A DNA stretch of 64,000 nt, from contig CAKAGA010000009.1 in the NCBI GenBank assembly GCA_916438995.1, positions 27,009 through 91,008 on the forward strand, read 5' to 3'. Under the pieces are notes generated by a model that made no database searches, was not told where the DNA came from, and worked only from the letters and a program-made list of their open reading frames with translations. The DNA is from an uncultured Catonella sp. (GTDB lineage: Bacteria; Bacillota; Clostridia; Lachnospirales; Lachnospiraceae). Below, in pieces: positions 1-12,500 of this stretch. Each line of letters begins with the position of its first letter. The first letter of the stretch is position 1. The translations under genes and the position numbers were made by a program.

Positions 1-231
1 CTTGTTAAACGTCGTGGCAAGAAAAGAGCCATTATCGCTATTGCCCGTATGATTCTTACTGCCATCTACCAAATGCTGTCTACTGGCGAGCAGTGGAATC
101 CGAGCGACCTTTATAAAATCGATGTGCCTGAAGCTCTTATTGAAAAACAAAAGGCAAAAGCTATCAAGCAAGCCAAGAAACTATTGCAACGAGAGGGACT
201 ACTTCCTCCTGATGAGCCAGTAGCTTCTTAA
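1..231 (+). mobile_element. IS110-family transposase, C-terminal end (runs off window start)
   Basis: Frame from base 1 reads LVKRRGKKRAIIAIARMILTAIYQMLSTGEQWNP, the RRGKKRAxxAxAR...Y.ML C-terminal pattern of IS110 transposases. Confidence 0.85.
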
Positions 232-336
232 TCGAATTTTCTAACTCAATAACACTTCAAAAAGTTGCCTGCCTTAGACAGCTTAGTTAAGTGCGCCAAT
301 CTATGGCTTTCCTATACTTTCTTTCACACTATCCAC

Positions 337-420
337 CTCACAGTTCTATTACATGCGGAGCAATGTCCGGATCATGATTGGCAATCACTTGAATACAGTT
401 GTTTTTTTTTTTTTGCTTGC
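337..420 (-). pseudogene. 3' remnant of a probable metallo-beta-lactamase-fold hydrolase gene
   Basis: Minus strand reads NNCIQVIANHDPDIAPHVIEL*, resembling C-termini of Firmicute AHL-lactonase-like MBL hydrolases (from recall, not searched). No intact upstream frame; a T13 tract lies at 402-414. Confidence 0.4.
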
Positions 421-496
421 GTGAAAAAATTAATTTTAATATCGTTTGTTATTTTTGTTGCCCTTCATATTTTTGATAAATCAGTATACAGAAAAA

Positions 497-524
497 GGCT
501 CTTTGTCAACTGAAGTGGGTTGAA
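497..524 (+). mobile_element. isolated ISL3-family (IS1167-like) terminal inverted repeat
   Basis: GGCTCTTTGTCAACTGAAGTGGGTTGAA closely resembles the streptococcal IS1167 end GGCTCTTTGTCAACTGTAGTGGGT; no transposase is adjacent. Confidence 0.6.
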
Positions 525-610
525 TGGTTTGTGTCAAGTAATCGTTGTAGTTTTGAAGCTTAAATGCAATCTGGTTTTGCACCTACTTTGGCAGTTATCC
601 CCTGTTGCGC

Positions 611-641
611 AAAAAAACTCCCACCCTCAAGCGGGGTGGGA
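611..641 (-). terminator. intrinsic terminator of adhesin copy 1
   Basis: Stem TCCCACCC/GGGTGGGA with A7 on the + strand (U7 in the minus transcript), 60 bp past the stop codon. Confidence 0.85.
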
Positions 642-700
642 ATCTCATATTTTTATTTACCTAATGTATAATATACTAAAAGTAAATCAGATGAATCCTA

Positions 701-3700
701 TTAGATTTCTTCTTTACGCCTTCTAAGTACAAATCCTGCCATAAGTAAAAGTCCTGCACCAGCAGCATAGTACCATACTGTAGCTGCTCCACCTGTCTTA
801 GGAAGCGCCTTACGGCTCTTCTTTGCCTTGAAGCCATCTAAAGGAGTCTTATCATCTTCAAATACATACTCTTTCTCTCCATTAGGCTTAGTCACCTTTA
901 CAACCTTACCCTGAGGTGTTCCATCATTTCCTATAACCTCGAATTCATTAGGGCTGTTAGGATCATTAGGATCAGGTGTATCGTTTATTGGATATGAAGG
1001 TATTTCCGGTGTTGGGTTTGGTGTATTTGGTTCCGAAGGTGTAACCGGAACAACAGGTGTTGGATTCTCAGGCGTTGGAGGAATCACAGGTGTAGGGTTT
1101 ACCGGTGTTGGAGGTGTTGGAGGTGTAGGTGGTGTCACAGTCTTCTTCTTGTTAATTACTGTAAGCACTCTATTTTCAAGTGTGACCTGGCCTTCATAGT
1201 TACCATCTAAAGCAACATTTAAGTCACCATTTTCAAGTTCAACCACCTTAATCTTATAAGTAACTCCGTTTGTCTCATAGCCTTCAGGTGCCTTTTGTCT
1301 CAGTAAGCTCATAGCTGCCTGCAACGATATCATCAAACATAACTGCTCCATCTGTAACAGTCTTTACTGTTTCCCATATCCTGTTCAGTTACGTTAGAGT
1401 CTGCAAGCCTTCTTAATCTAAACTCTGCTCCTGCAAGCTCTTCACCATCAGCATTCTTCTTAACTATCTGAAGCTTGTCATAGTTCTTATCCTTAAGGCT
1501 TCCCCATCATTAGCTTCTATACTGTGCTTAACACCAACTTTTTACCTATCTGTGTTGATTTTTCTATGAGAACTACATCATTTTCAAGTTCATCACCCTT
1601 CTTTGCATCCGGTGCAAAGTCGGTAATATATGATATCTTGTATGATGTGTCATTGTCCGGAATATTGACTATTAACTTTTTCTGCTCAAGGTCATACACA
1701 AAAATCTTATCCAGACCTTCGGTAATCTCCACAGGATTTACAAAATTTCCTTCTGCATCAAAGTTACCCTTCCAGATTTTGTAGTTATCATCATTAAAGG
1801 CAAGATTTGCCGTGCCCTTCTCTTTTCTAAGCACAAGATTTCCTTTAAGCTGATCTTCAAGCCTGAGTTTGGTTTCATTGTTATCATTGTACACCTTATA
1901 AGGCTTGTAGAAGAGGTTCCACTTTATGTAGCCGTTCTTGTCGATGAAGATCTTGTCGCCGTCATGGTTCTTCCAAAGGAATCTATCGTCGTAATCAGCT
2001 TTCGCAGTCTTCTTAATTTGAATGTGGTCTCTTTCATCGCCCTGAATCCACATTGTTGCGTTATTCCAAACCTGGCCAATTTCGTTCATTGGCTCATCAC
2101 TCTTAAGCTCAGCCTTTACAAAAATAACATAAGGACTATTTAGCTTGTCGAATGTAAATCTTATTTTATCATAATTATTATAATAGTCTTTATCGAGAAG
2201 CGCAAATATATTGTTATCTGATATTTCCTTATCGCTTAGAGGCTCACCTACAGCATTAATAATGGAGCCTACACTTCTTGCTCTATCAGAAGGGATGTGC
2301 GAAAACTTACCGAATCTATGGTCAGCTTCATTTGTATCTTTGTATTTAAGAGCCGGCTCTCCCTTGTAGATAAGGAAATACTTATCACGGCCTTCCTCCT
2401 TCTTAATCGGTACAAGCTTAAGATGATGAGATAATTCATCGCTTAATACGAATTTACCTATATCACCCTGAACATCCTTTATGTCTTTTGCATTTACGCT
2501 AATCTTAAATACCACGCTTCTTGTCTCTTTATCATAAGCTGTTTCAGTATTATCAATAGCAATTTTATTGTTAGCGTCAAACACATCATTATTTGCAGCT
2601 GCTACATCATAATCGGTAAGGAACTTCTTAGCTGCTGTTCTAGAGAGTACCTGTTTATCAAGAAGCTTGACTGATAATGGTATTCAACCATCTTGTTTAG
2701 TAATACGTTGCCTCCTGTCGCAAGTAAATAGTAATTCTGAAGCCTGTTTAATCCGTCTTCACGCTCGGATACAATCAAATTGTGCTCCATAACTTTTGAC
2801 TTAAACTTAACAAAGTTATCTACTCCCTGTACAAGCTTTACCTCAAGGACATGTCCTACTACATTACCGTCCTTAACCACTTCGTATACATTATTTGTAA
2901 CACCTTCTGTAGCATCAGTGATTGGTTTGTTGATGTTCATTAACTTCTGGTGTCTGCCCATAGTTTCATCGCCAGCAGGATTTTTTGAAAATAATTTTTC
3001 CAAGCTTATACCGCTTGCAAGTGATGCAGCAGTATTTTCACCAAGCTTTCTTAGAGAATATCCGTTCGTAGAGTTGATTGTATCACTATCTACCCTTACA
3101 TTCTTATCAAAAATGAAGGCATCGTACATGTAGTAGTCACCAGGTGCGGCTACTGTATTCTTATCAGCAGTCATTGTCCACTCAGGCTCATTGCTTATAT
3201 ACTCACCTAATCCTGCATCAAAAGCATTATCACTGCTTACTGCTAACTGGCTATTAGCAGTCTTATTGATTGTACCTATCTGACCATTGCCACCGTGTAC
3301 GTCTAAGATAGAGGCATGTAGCTTTGTCTTAAACTTAATGTTATTATTCCACCATACATACGCATCATTGTCAAATCGTGAACTGTAATTATCAGCGTCT
3401 ACCTTTGTTAGGATAGTAAGAAGGAATCTCTCTTTAACATTAGGTATGGTAAAGGTATGGTTATCCCCTGAAACCACAGGGGTTAACTCTGTTTTTTTCC
3501 TCTTTCCAGGTATTCTTTGTCTTATCAAAAGTCTGTACAAAAGCCTTCTCAAATTTCTGAGGTATTCTTCCGGTTTTATCTTTGGTAAGTTCGTCAGAAA
3601 TGGTTACATCTCCTAAGTCATACTCAGGACGGTTGAACTCTACTGTCCAGGTAATTGTCTTAGTGCCTGCGTTGAAGCTTCCAAGCTTTTCTCCCATTTT

Positions 3701-4741
3701 TCTAACGGTAACGTCTCTATGTTTATACCAGAACTGACTTGTTCCATATTTTATGAGGTGTATATCATTAGGATAATTTCTTACACCTGAAGAGCCAAAA
3801 TCACCGCCAAAGTTTACATCAGTACTATACTTGAGTACTGCTTTACCTACATTAGAAGGATCCAGGTCATCTGCCTTTACTGTATAGTACATGATATTGG
3901 TATATCCTGTATCTCTTAGGGTTGCAATTGATAAGCCTGATGATTCATCTCTTGATTTGCCATTTACGGTAAATGTACCTTCTATAAAATTGTTCCCGTT
4001 CACTCCCCCCCTTTGGATAGTCACGGAAGGTATAGCCTTCTATACTAAGAGGTACCCTTGGGGTAACTCCTCTTACATATCTTTCAGCTGTAATAGTCCA
4101 GTCAATCTTAGAGTTCTTCACGTCAAGAACGCCTGTCTTTGTAAGATTGACATCACCGACTATTTCTCCAAGTTGATAGTCTTTACCAAAAATTCTAATC
4201 ACTTTCTCATTGGTTGTAGTAAAGTCAAACTTAGTAAGGTCAGTAACTAAAGTAACTGAGGCACCGATTGAAGTGCTGTCTTTTTCAAAAACTGCGTCAT
4301 CTGTGTTAGAAAAATCAAATTTAACCTTGATATTTCCATCGTCATCACAGGTAAAGATGGCATCGCAAATCTTAAGTTAGATGCTGTATCTTCTACAGAG
4401 CGAACAACTTCATTAACACTTCCATTAATTTTGAGCTTACTTCCTAAATCAAACTGAATATAATCGCCCTTATTAATGCGGTTTTCTTCTGTTAAACTCT
4501 TGTTAAACACGGCGTTAAAGGATACATCCATCCTAATATAATTTGCTGTGTTTATTTCACCTGTAACAGGCTTCTCACTGTTACTACTGTCCTGCTGATA
4601 GATATTTACAGCCACATTTTTCGCAAGATTTGTCTTGTCACTTCCAGCTGCAGCCACATATTCAGGAAGCTTTACTCCTGTTAGCAATACAGCTAACGTA
4701 AGTATGATTCCTAATAGTGCCGTTCCATGTTTTTTCCACAT
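701..4741 (-). CDS. LPXTG-anchored surface adhesin copy 1 (Cna/SpaA-like Ig folds, Pro-rich stalk); several frameshifts
   Basis: ORF pieces 4247-4741, 3945-4202, 3461-4024, 2602-3552, 1517-2584 and 701-1351 are collinear with copies 2 and 3. Signal peptide MWKKHGTALLG, K.G...I.WT repeats, LPKTG + TM + RRRKEE tail. Confidence 0.85.
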
Positions 4742-4864
4742 ATTTTTACTCTCCTTGTAAATTATTTCCCCTCCCGCGCCTGCGGAAAGCTTATATCCCT
4801 TCCTTGGGATTCCTCATGGTTACAAATAGCAAAATATTTGGCATATATTTTACCACTTGTAATA

Positions 4865-4893
4865 TTTATACCAAAAATCCACAAAAAGTGCAA
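4865..4893 (-). promoter_or_regulatory. sigma-A promoter of adhesin copy 1
   Basis: Minus strand TTGCAC-17 bp-TATAAA with extended TG. Confidence 0.65.
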
Positions 4894-4895
4894 GT

Positions 4896-4965
4896 AAAAA
4901 AAACATACACAAAAACCATTTTATTTGTCACATTTAACAAACGTTTTGATTTTCGTGTATGTTTT
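4896..4965 (-). terminator. long-stem terminator between adhesin copies 2 and 1
   Basis: Arms AAAACATACAC/GTGTATGTTTT, G-U pair in the minus-strand RNA, followed by U8. Confidence 0.7.
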
Positions 4966-5002
4966 GGTAACCATTATCGGTAACTCTGTATTTTATACGT
5001 AA

Positions 5003-8000
5003 TTACTTTTCTTCTTTACGTCTTCTAACTGCAAATCCAGCCATTATTACAAGTCCCATTCCTGCAGCATAGTACCAAACTGTAGATGCTCCACCTGTCT
5101 TAGGAAGAGCCTTGCGACCTTTCTTGCCTTAAATCCGTCTAGTGGAGTCTTATCCTTTTCAAATATATACTCCTTTTCTCCATTAGGTTTTGTTGTCTTT
5201 ACAACCTTACCCTGAGGTGTTCCATCATTTCCTATAACCTCGAATTCATCAGGGCTGTTAGGATCATTTGGATTAGGTGTATCGTTTATTGGATATGAAG
5301 GTATATCCGGTGTTGGGTTTGGTGTATTTGGTTCCGAAGGTGTAACCGGAACAACAGGTGTTGGATTCTCCGGCGTTGGAGGAATCACTGGTGTTGGTGG
5401 TGTTACTGGCACAGGAGGTGTTACTGACTTCTTCTTGTTAATAACAGTAAGTTCGTTATTTGAAATCTTAGCCTTTCCAGCATAGTCACCTGCTAATTCA
5501 GCCTTAAATCCGCCTTCAACCTTAACAACTTTGATTTTATATGGCTCATTGTTTACATCATAGCCTTCCGGAGCCTTTGTCTCGGTAAGTTCGTACTCTC
5601 CTTCTGTAAGATTCTCAATCCTGATAGCTTCATCTGTTGAAGAGGTATACTTACCTACTGCTACAGCCGCATCAGTTGTGGCACCGAGTTTCTTAAGAGT
5701 AAACTCCGCTCCTGCAAGTCTGTTACCATCAGCATCAGTCTTAACTATGTTAAGACGCTCAACAATCTTGTCAATCTTCTTGTTGATAATCTTAAGCTCA
5801 TTCTGCTCAAGTGTTGCAAGGCCAGCATAATCACCTATTAGTTCAACCTTAAATCCATTTTCAAGCTCAATCACCTTAATTCTATATGTAACATTGTTTG
5901 ACTCATATCCTTCTGGAGCCTTGTCTCAACAAGTTCATACTCTCCTGCTGTAAGCTCTTCAAACTTAATAGCCTTATCAGCAGATGTTGTAAATGTACCA
6001 ATATTCTTTTCAGTAATAGCTGCAGTTGCAAGCTTCTTAAAGCTAAATTCTGCTCCTGCAAGTCTGTTTCCCTTTGTATCAACCTTTGTTATCTGAATAC
6101 GCTCATAAGGCTTGTTGTTTACATGACCATAAGCATCTGCCTTTATCTGATGTGTTACTTTTTCAGTTTTGCCTATTTTCTCAGCATTCTCAATAAGTGT
6201 AACTTCATTACTTAAATCATCACCACTAACTGCATTGCTTGCAAAATCAGTAACATAAGAAATCTTATAAGATGAGTCATTATCCGGAATATTGATGCTC
6301 ATTACACCGGTTTCATTGTCATAGGTAAATATTGTATTAAGACCATTTGTGATCTCTACAGGATTGATAAAGTTACCATCCTTATCATACTCACCCTTCC
6401 AGATCTTATAGTTATCACCATCGAAAACAAGGTTTGAAGAATTCTTCTCTTTTCTTAGTACAAGATTCTTATTTACCTTATCTTCAATTTTTATCTTTGT
6501 AGCATTGTTATCATTGTAGGTCTTATATGGTCTGTAGTATACATTCCACTTAATAAATCCATTGTCATCTACATTGATTTTATCCTTGCCGTCCTGTCCA
6601 TCGTAGTTCTTCCAAAGGAATCTGTCGTCATACCATGAGGAAGCCTGTCCCTTCGAGGAATTACTACCAATATAAATACTAGCAAAATTGGTTACTGTTG
6701 ATTTATTATTTACACGGTAACCTTCCTTAACCTTTACTTTCACAAAGACTACGTAAGGACCGTTTAATTTGTTAAACGAAACATTAAAACCTTCTCTAGG
6801 TTTTCCGTTAGGATTGATTATAATGTCTTCTTTTTTTAATTCTTCATCGCTAAGAGCATTACCAACTGCCTTAACGGTACTATTTCCAATTCTGTAGTCT
6901 GGATCATTTGTACCCTCAAATTTAATAGCAGGAACACCCTTGTAAATAAGTATTTCTTTATTATTCTCCGGATTTGTCTTATCCTCAACTATTGGAACAA
7001 AGGTAAAATCTTTATTCCAACCATTATTATCAATAGAATAATCATTCAATATAACAGGGCCTAGATCGCCATATACATCCTTTATATTAGCAGCATTTAC
7101 ACTTATTCTAAAAACTACTGATCTTGTATCTCTGTCATAACCGACATCATCTTGCTGAACATCATTTTTTTCAGTATCATCAAATACATCATCATTGGTT
7201 GCTACTGCATCAAGATTTTTCAAGAAATTTCTTGCAGTTTTTGCAGAAATCACCTGTTTTCTAATAAGTTTTGAATTATATCTGTAATATGCTGCATCCT
7301 GATATGTTACATAGCGGTCTTTAGTAAGCATAATAGTATTATAGCCCGCTTTTTCATCTCCTGTACTATACCACTGCGTCAGCATCTCTCTATCTGCAAT
7401 CATTGAACTAAACTTAGCAAAATTATCTACGCCCGGAACAAGTTTAAGTTCAAGAATGTGACCTACTACCTTTTCTCCTTTAAGTATTTCATAAACTGCA
7501 CTTGTAATACCAGCTGTAGAATCTTTCACTGGATTTTCAACATTTATTAGTTTCTGTCGTTTTCCTTCAAGAGGAATTATTGTATCAAATTTTGCACCAT
7601 TTGCAAGTTCAGTGACACCTGGATCACCCACCTTCTTGATGGAATAACCATTTACAGAATTTACTCCTGATCTGTTAGGTACTGTGCCCTGATCGAAGAT
7701 GAAGGTATCATACATATAGTATTCACCAGGAGCAGGAACGGTACTCTTATCAGCTCTAACTGTCCACTCAGGCTGAGGTCCTATATATTCTCCCTTATAT
7801 GCATAGTACTTTTTCACATCTTCTGTCAAGACCTGAGCATTTGCAGTCTTACTGATACTTCCGAAAGAACCACCACCTATAGGACTTGTTCTCACCTTTG
7901 CATGAAGTTTTGCCTTATAATTTACTTCTCCGTTCCAATACAGAAAAGCGTCATTTTCAAAATTTGCAGGACTTCCATCAGGCTCTATCGCTGTCTCGAT

Positions 8001-9323
8001 AGTAAGTAATACCCTTTCACTTACATCATTTATAGCAAACTTATGACCTTTTTCAGTAACTATAGGAGTTACACTCTCTTTAACTCCCCACTCACCATTT
8101 TTCATCCTCTGAAAATATGCAGTAGTAAATTCTTGAGGAATTCTACCGGTCATATCACTTTCAAGTTTGTCAAGAATAGTAACATTGCCAAGATTGTAGC
8201 TTTCTTTATTAAAATCTATAGTCCAAGTAATCTTTTTACCTGTAGTGTCGATTGAACCTAATTTTTCTCCGAATTGTGGAACAGCAACATTCGCAGTTGT
8301 ATCTCTGTAACCACCAGCAATCTGCCTTATAACTGCCCTATTATCATACGTTTTAGACAAATTATTAAAGTCAACATAGCTGCTTAATGCTATAACTACC
8401 TTACCGGCGTTATTAGGATCTAAATCCTTTTCCTGTATTGTATGGGAAACCCACTGTTTTTCAGGCATATTGCTCTGTTTTCTGGTGTATACATAATCTG
8501 TTTCTTTACCATTAATCCTAAGCGAGCCTTCAATATACTCTTTAGCTATGCGATTACTAAGTGTATCTTCAAATTCATAGCCTTTAAGACTAAGATACTT
8601 CTTAGGATTGGTACCAGCTATAAATCTCTCTATTGTAATAGTCCAATCAATCTTGCCATTCTTATAGTCGAGTTTACCTTCTTTTACTATCGTTATATTA
8701 TCTCTTATATTGGTTACTTCGTATTCCTTATCAAGAAGTTTAATACTCATCTTAGAATCTTCATACTTCGCTGTCTGTCCATCAACAGAAATAGAAATTG
8801 AAGCACCAACCTTTCCATCTTGTTTCTTAAATACAGCATCCGCTCCTGTAGAAAAGTCAAACTTCACCTTAAGGATTCCATCGGTAGGATTCACTGTAAA
8901 GATTGCATCACAGATTTTATCACCTGTATCTTTATCATTTACAGGTATATTCTTCTGATATACAGGATTATAATTATCTTTAATAATTAAGCCCTGTCCC
9001 AAATCAAATTCAACAAAATCACCTTTATTAATACGCTTATCTTCAGGCACATCAGTATCAAACACAGGGTCAAATTCAACATTTACCAAAATGTCCTTTG
9101 ACATATCTACCTTGTCTTTGATTGGTTCATAAGTTGTTGTGGTACCTCCGTTGCCATAACTGTACTTTGGCTGTCTAAACTCTACCTTTGTAGTAGATTT
9201 AACCAACTCCGTCTTATCATTCTCGCCAGAAGCGAAAATACTGTTAGGTAACTTTACTCCAGTTAGCAATATTGCTACTGTAAGTATGAGACCTAATAAT
9301 GTAGATCCATGTTTTTTCCACAT
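5003..9323 (-). CDS. LPXTG-anchored surface adhesin copy 2 (two SpaA-like domains); frameshifts near 5900 and 5115
   Basis: MWKKHGSTLLG signal; 1164-aa ORF plus 275-aa ORF; two GNRLAGAEF...G.YEL.ET domains; LPKTGG-TM-RRRKEEK in a shifted frame. Confidence 0.88.
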
Positions 9324-9460
9324 ACTTTCTTTCTCCTTTAATATTAGTTTGTCGCCTCCTGCCATAAGCAGAAAGAAGTAAATTACAAATAGCAGAATCT
9401 GCTACTCATCCTTTATTACTTGTAACATATATATCACATATTCATAAAAAAACTGCAAGT

Positions 9461-9532
9461 AAAAAACATACACAAAAAAACATTTTTCTTTGTTACATTT
9501 AACAAATATTATGCTTTTTCGTGTATGTTTTT
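9461..9532 (-). terminator. long-stem terminator between adhesin copies 3 and 2
   Basis: Same AAAACATACAC...GTGTATGTTTT hairpin as at 4896-4965, abutting TTGCAG on the minus strand. Confidence 0.7.
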
Positions 9533-9582
9533 GTAACTGTGTTCAGTAAGTCTGTATTACTACAGCCTTAGTCTTCAATTCT

Positions 9583-12500
9583 TTACTTTTCTTTTTTACG
9601 TCTTATAATTACTAAACCTCCTGCAATGAACAGTCCAACGCCAGCTAAGTAATACCAAATAGTGGAGGTACCACCGGTCTTAGGAAGATTCTTCTTTGCT
9701 TTATTTCCATCTAAAGGAGTATCATCTTCATCAACTATCTGATCATTGTCTCCCTTAGGTTTGTTGGATTTTTTAGTAGTTCCCTGAGGTGTATCATCTT
9801 CATCAACAACAACTCCATCTGGTGTCTTTGGATTCTTAGGAGTAGGCGTTTCATCTGAAGGGTCCTCTGGGGTGATAGGGGTAGTAGGGGTTGGTGTTGG
9901 TGTTATAGGAATAATTGGTGTTGGATTCTCCGGTGATGGAGGTGTTGGATTCACAGGAGTCGGTGCCTGAGGATCCACAGGAATAACCGGAATATTAGGT
10001 GTAGGTGGGTTTACCGGTGGGATCACTGGTGGATTTACCGGTGGGTTCACTGGTGGGTTCACTGGCGGATTAGGAACATCCGGCTTTTTCTTATTGATAA
10101 TAGTAAGTTCATTCTCGGTAAGTTTTGCTTTTCCATAATACTTAGCTGCCTCATCAGAAAACTCTACCTTAAATCCACTTTCAAGCTCTCTTACCCTTAT
10201 TTTATAAACTATCCCGTTTGAGCCATATCCATCAGGCGTCTTATCTTCAGTAAGTTCATACTCACCAGGAGTAAGTTTCTCGATAACAATTGATGAATCA
10301 GCCTTTGATTCAAATGTTCCGATAACCTTCTGTGTATTAGCACCTTTGGCAAGTTTAGTTAAAGTAAACTTTGCACCTGCAAGCTTGACACCATTCTCAT
10401 CAGTTTTAACTATCTGGAGACGCTCATAGGTCTTATTGGTTAAGCTTCCCCAAGCCTTACCATCAATCTTGTGGTCAACCTTTATGGTTGCACCTCTTTG
10501 CTTTAAGTTCTCTATAAGAGCTGCCTCATTGCTTAATTGGGCACCAGGTTTTGCATTGGCTGCAAAATCAGTTATATAAGAAATCTTATATACTGTATCA
10601 TTATCAGGGATATTTATTACAAGCTTTTCAGCCACTGTATCATAGGTGAAAATCTTGTCAAGTCCTTGTGTAATCTCAACAGGATTAACAAACTTTCCGT
10701 CCTTGTCTATATCACCCTTCCATATCCTGTAATTGTCCCCCTCAAACACGAGGTTTCCTGTACCCTTTTCTTTTCTAAGAACGAGGTTTTCATTTAACTT
10801 ATCTTCAATTTTTAATTTAGTTTCATTGTTATCGTTATAAACCTTGTATGGTATATAGTTAAGGTTCCATTTAATGAAACCATTGTCACTAATATCAACT
10901 TTCTCTCCATCCATTCCCTTTGTAGGAATCTACCGTCGTACTTAAATTTCGCTTCTGCACTAAGCACTCTATCAAAGTTCTCTATGCTCATGGTTGCTGT
11001 ATTAGTTTCAGTCTTCTGTACATTGGTATGATTAGGTATATCTGATCTAAGTTCAGCCTTCAAATAGATTACATAAGGTCCATTCATCTTATCAAAAGTT
11101 ATCTTAAGCTGGTTCTTGACATTAGAGCTACCTTCAAGAACTTCACCTCTTATACCATTTGCTTCCAGTTCATCATCAGTCAGTGCATTACCAACTGCCT
11201 TCACTATACGTGATGAAACCTGCGAGTAAATCTCTGCATTAGTATCAGGATATACAGTGGCTGGTTTTCCCTTATAGGCAAGGAAATACTTATCCTTTTC
11301 AGGGTTAGTAGCGTCTTTTTTAATAGGAACAAGCTTAAACTCATAAGGAAGTACATCCTTTAATATGAATTTACCAATATCGCCATCAACATCCCTTACA
11401 TTAGCTTCATTAACATTTAGCCTAAATACTACAGACCTTGTAGACCTGTCATAAGCAGTTTCTGAATTGTTAATTCCACTTCCTTTATAACCAGAATATG
11501 GAGAAGGCTCATTATCATCAAAAGCATCACCATTTATAGCTACTGCATTAAAGTCTGTCTGTAGCTTTTTAGCTGCTTCTTTTGAAACAGTCTGCTTATA
11601 TAACATTCTAGACAAAAACCTGTACTGAGCATCAGTCTTAAGTACGACATGTCCACCATTTACAAGAACAGTATAGTTATAAGGAGCATCACTGCCGTGA
11701 TAGTGATCTTCTACAAGAAATGCTGATTTTTCAGTAATTCTTGACTTAAATGTAGCGGTATTTTTTATACCCGGCACAAGCTTTATCTCCAGTACGTGGC
11801 CGACAGTCTTGCCAGCCTTAACTATCTCATACACATTGCTTGTAATTCCATCTGTTTTGGATATCAAAGGATTGTTTACACTTACAAGTCTCTGATGTCT
11901 TCCCTTGCTACCAATAATCTGTGAAAGTTTTACATTCCCAGCAAGCGAAGTAGTCCCTTCATCTCCAATCTTCTTTACAGAAAAGCCGTTAGTCTCATTG
12001 ACTGTAGACCTATCCGCCTTTATATCATTATCGAAAATAAAGGTATCATACATATAGCTAATACCTGCGTCTGTAGGTACTGCCTTACTATCGGCTGAAA
12101 CAGTCCATTCAGGCTCATAGCCAACATATCTTAAATAAAAAGTCTGATCTTTTGCAGTCTTTTTTATAGTACCGTAACTCTCTCCACCCGGAAGCGTTGT
12201 TCCTACTTCTCCGTGAAGTTTTACTTTATACTCTTCTTTATCGTTCCACCATACATAAGCATCGTTGTCAAAATCAGCACCAAATTTATCCGGAGCAATT
12301 TCAGTCTCGAATGTAAGCAATATCTTTCTTCTACATTTGGAATATTAAACTTATAATTTTTACCTGTATTGGAAGCAGCACTCAACTGTTTATCTGCTCC
12401 CCAAGTCTTGTTCTCCTCATCCCATCTCTGGAACTTAGCAGTTAAAAACTTTTGAGCTATTCTCTCTGTCCTATCATTAGTAAACTCATCTGAAACCTGA

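Noticed and set aside
497..600. Intact ISL3-derived MITE
   Set aside because: The two putative ends match poorly and there is no 8-bp target duplication.
9490..9505. Rex operator (TTGTTACATTTAACAA)
   Set aside because: It is 16 bp rather than the 18-bp TTGTTAA-N4-TTAACAA spacing, and it can be explained as the apex of a terminator hairpin.
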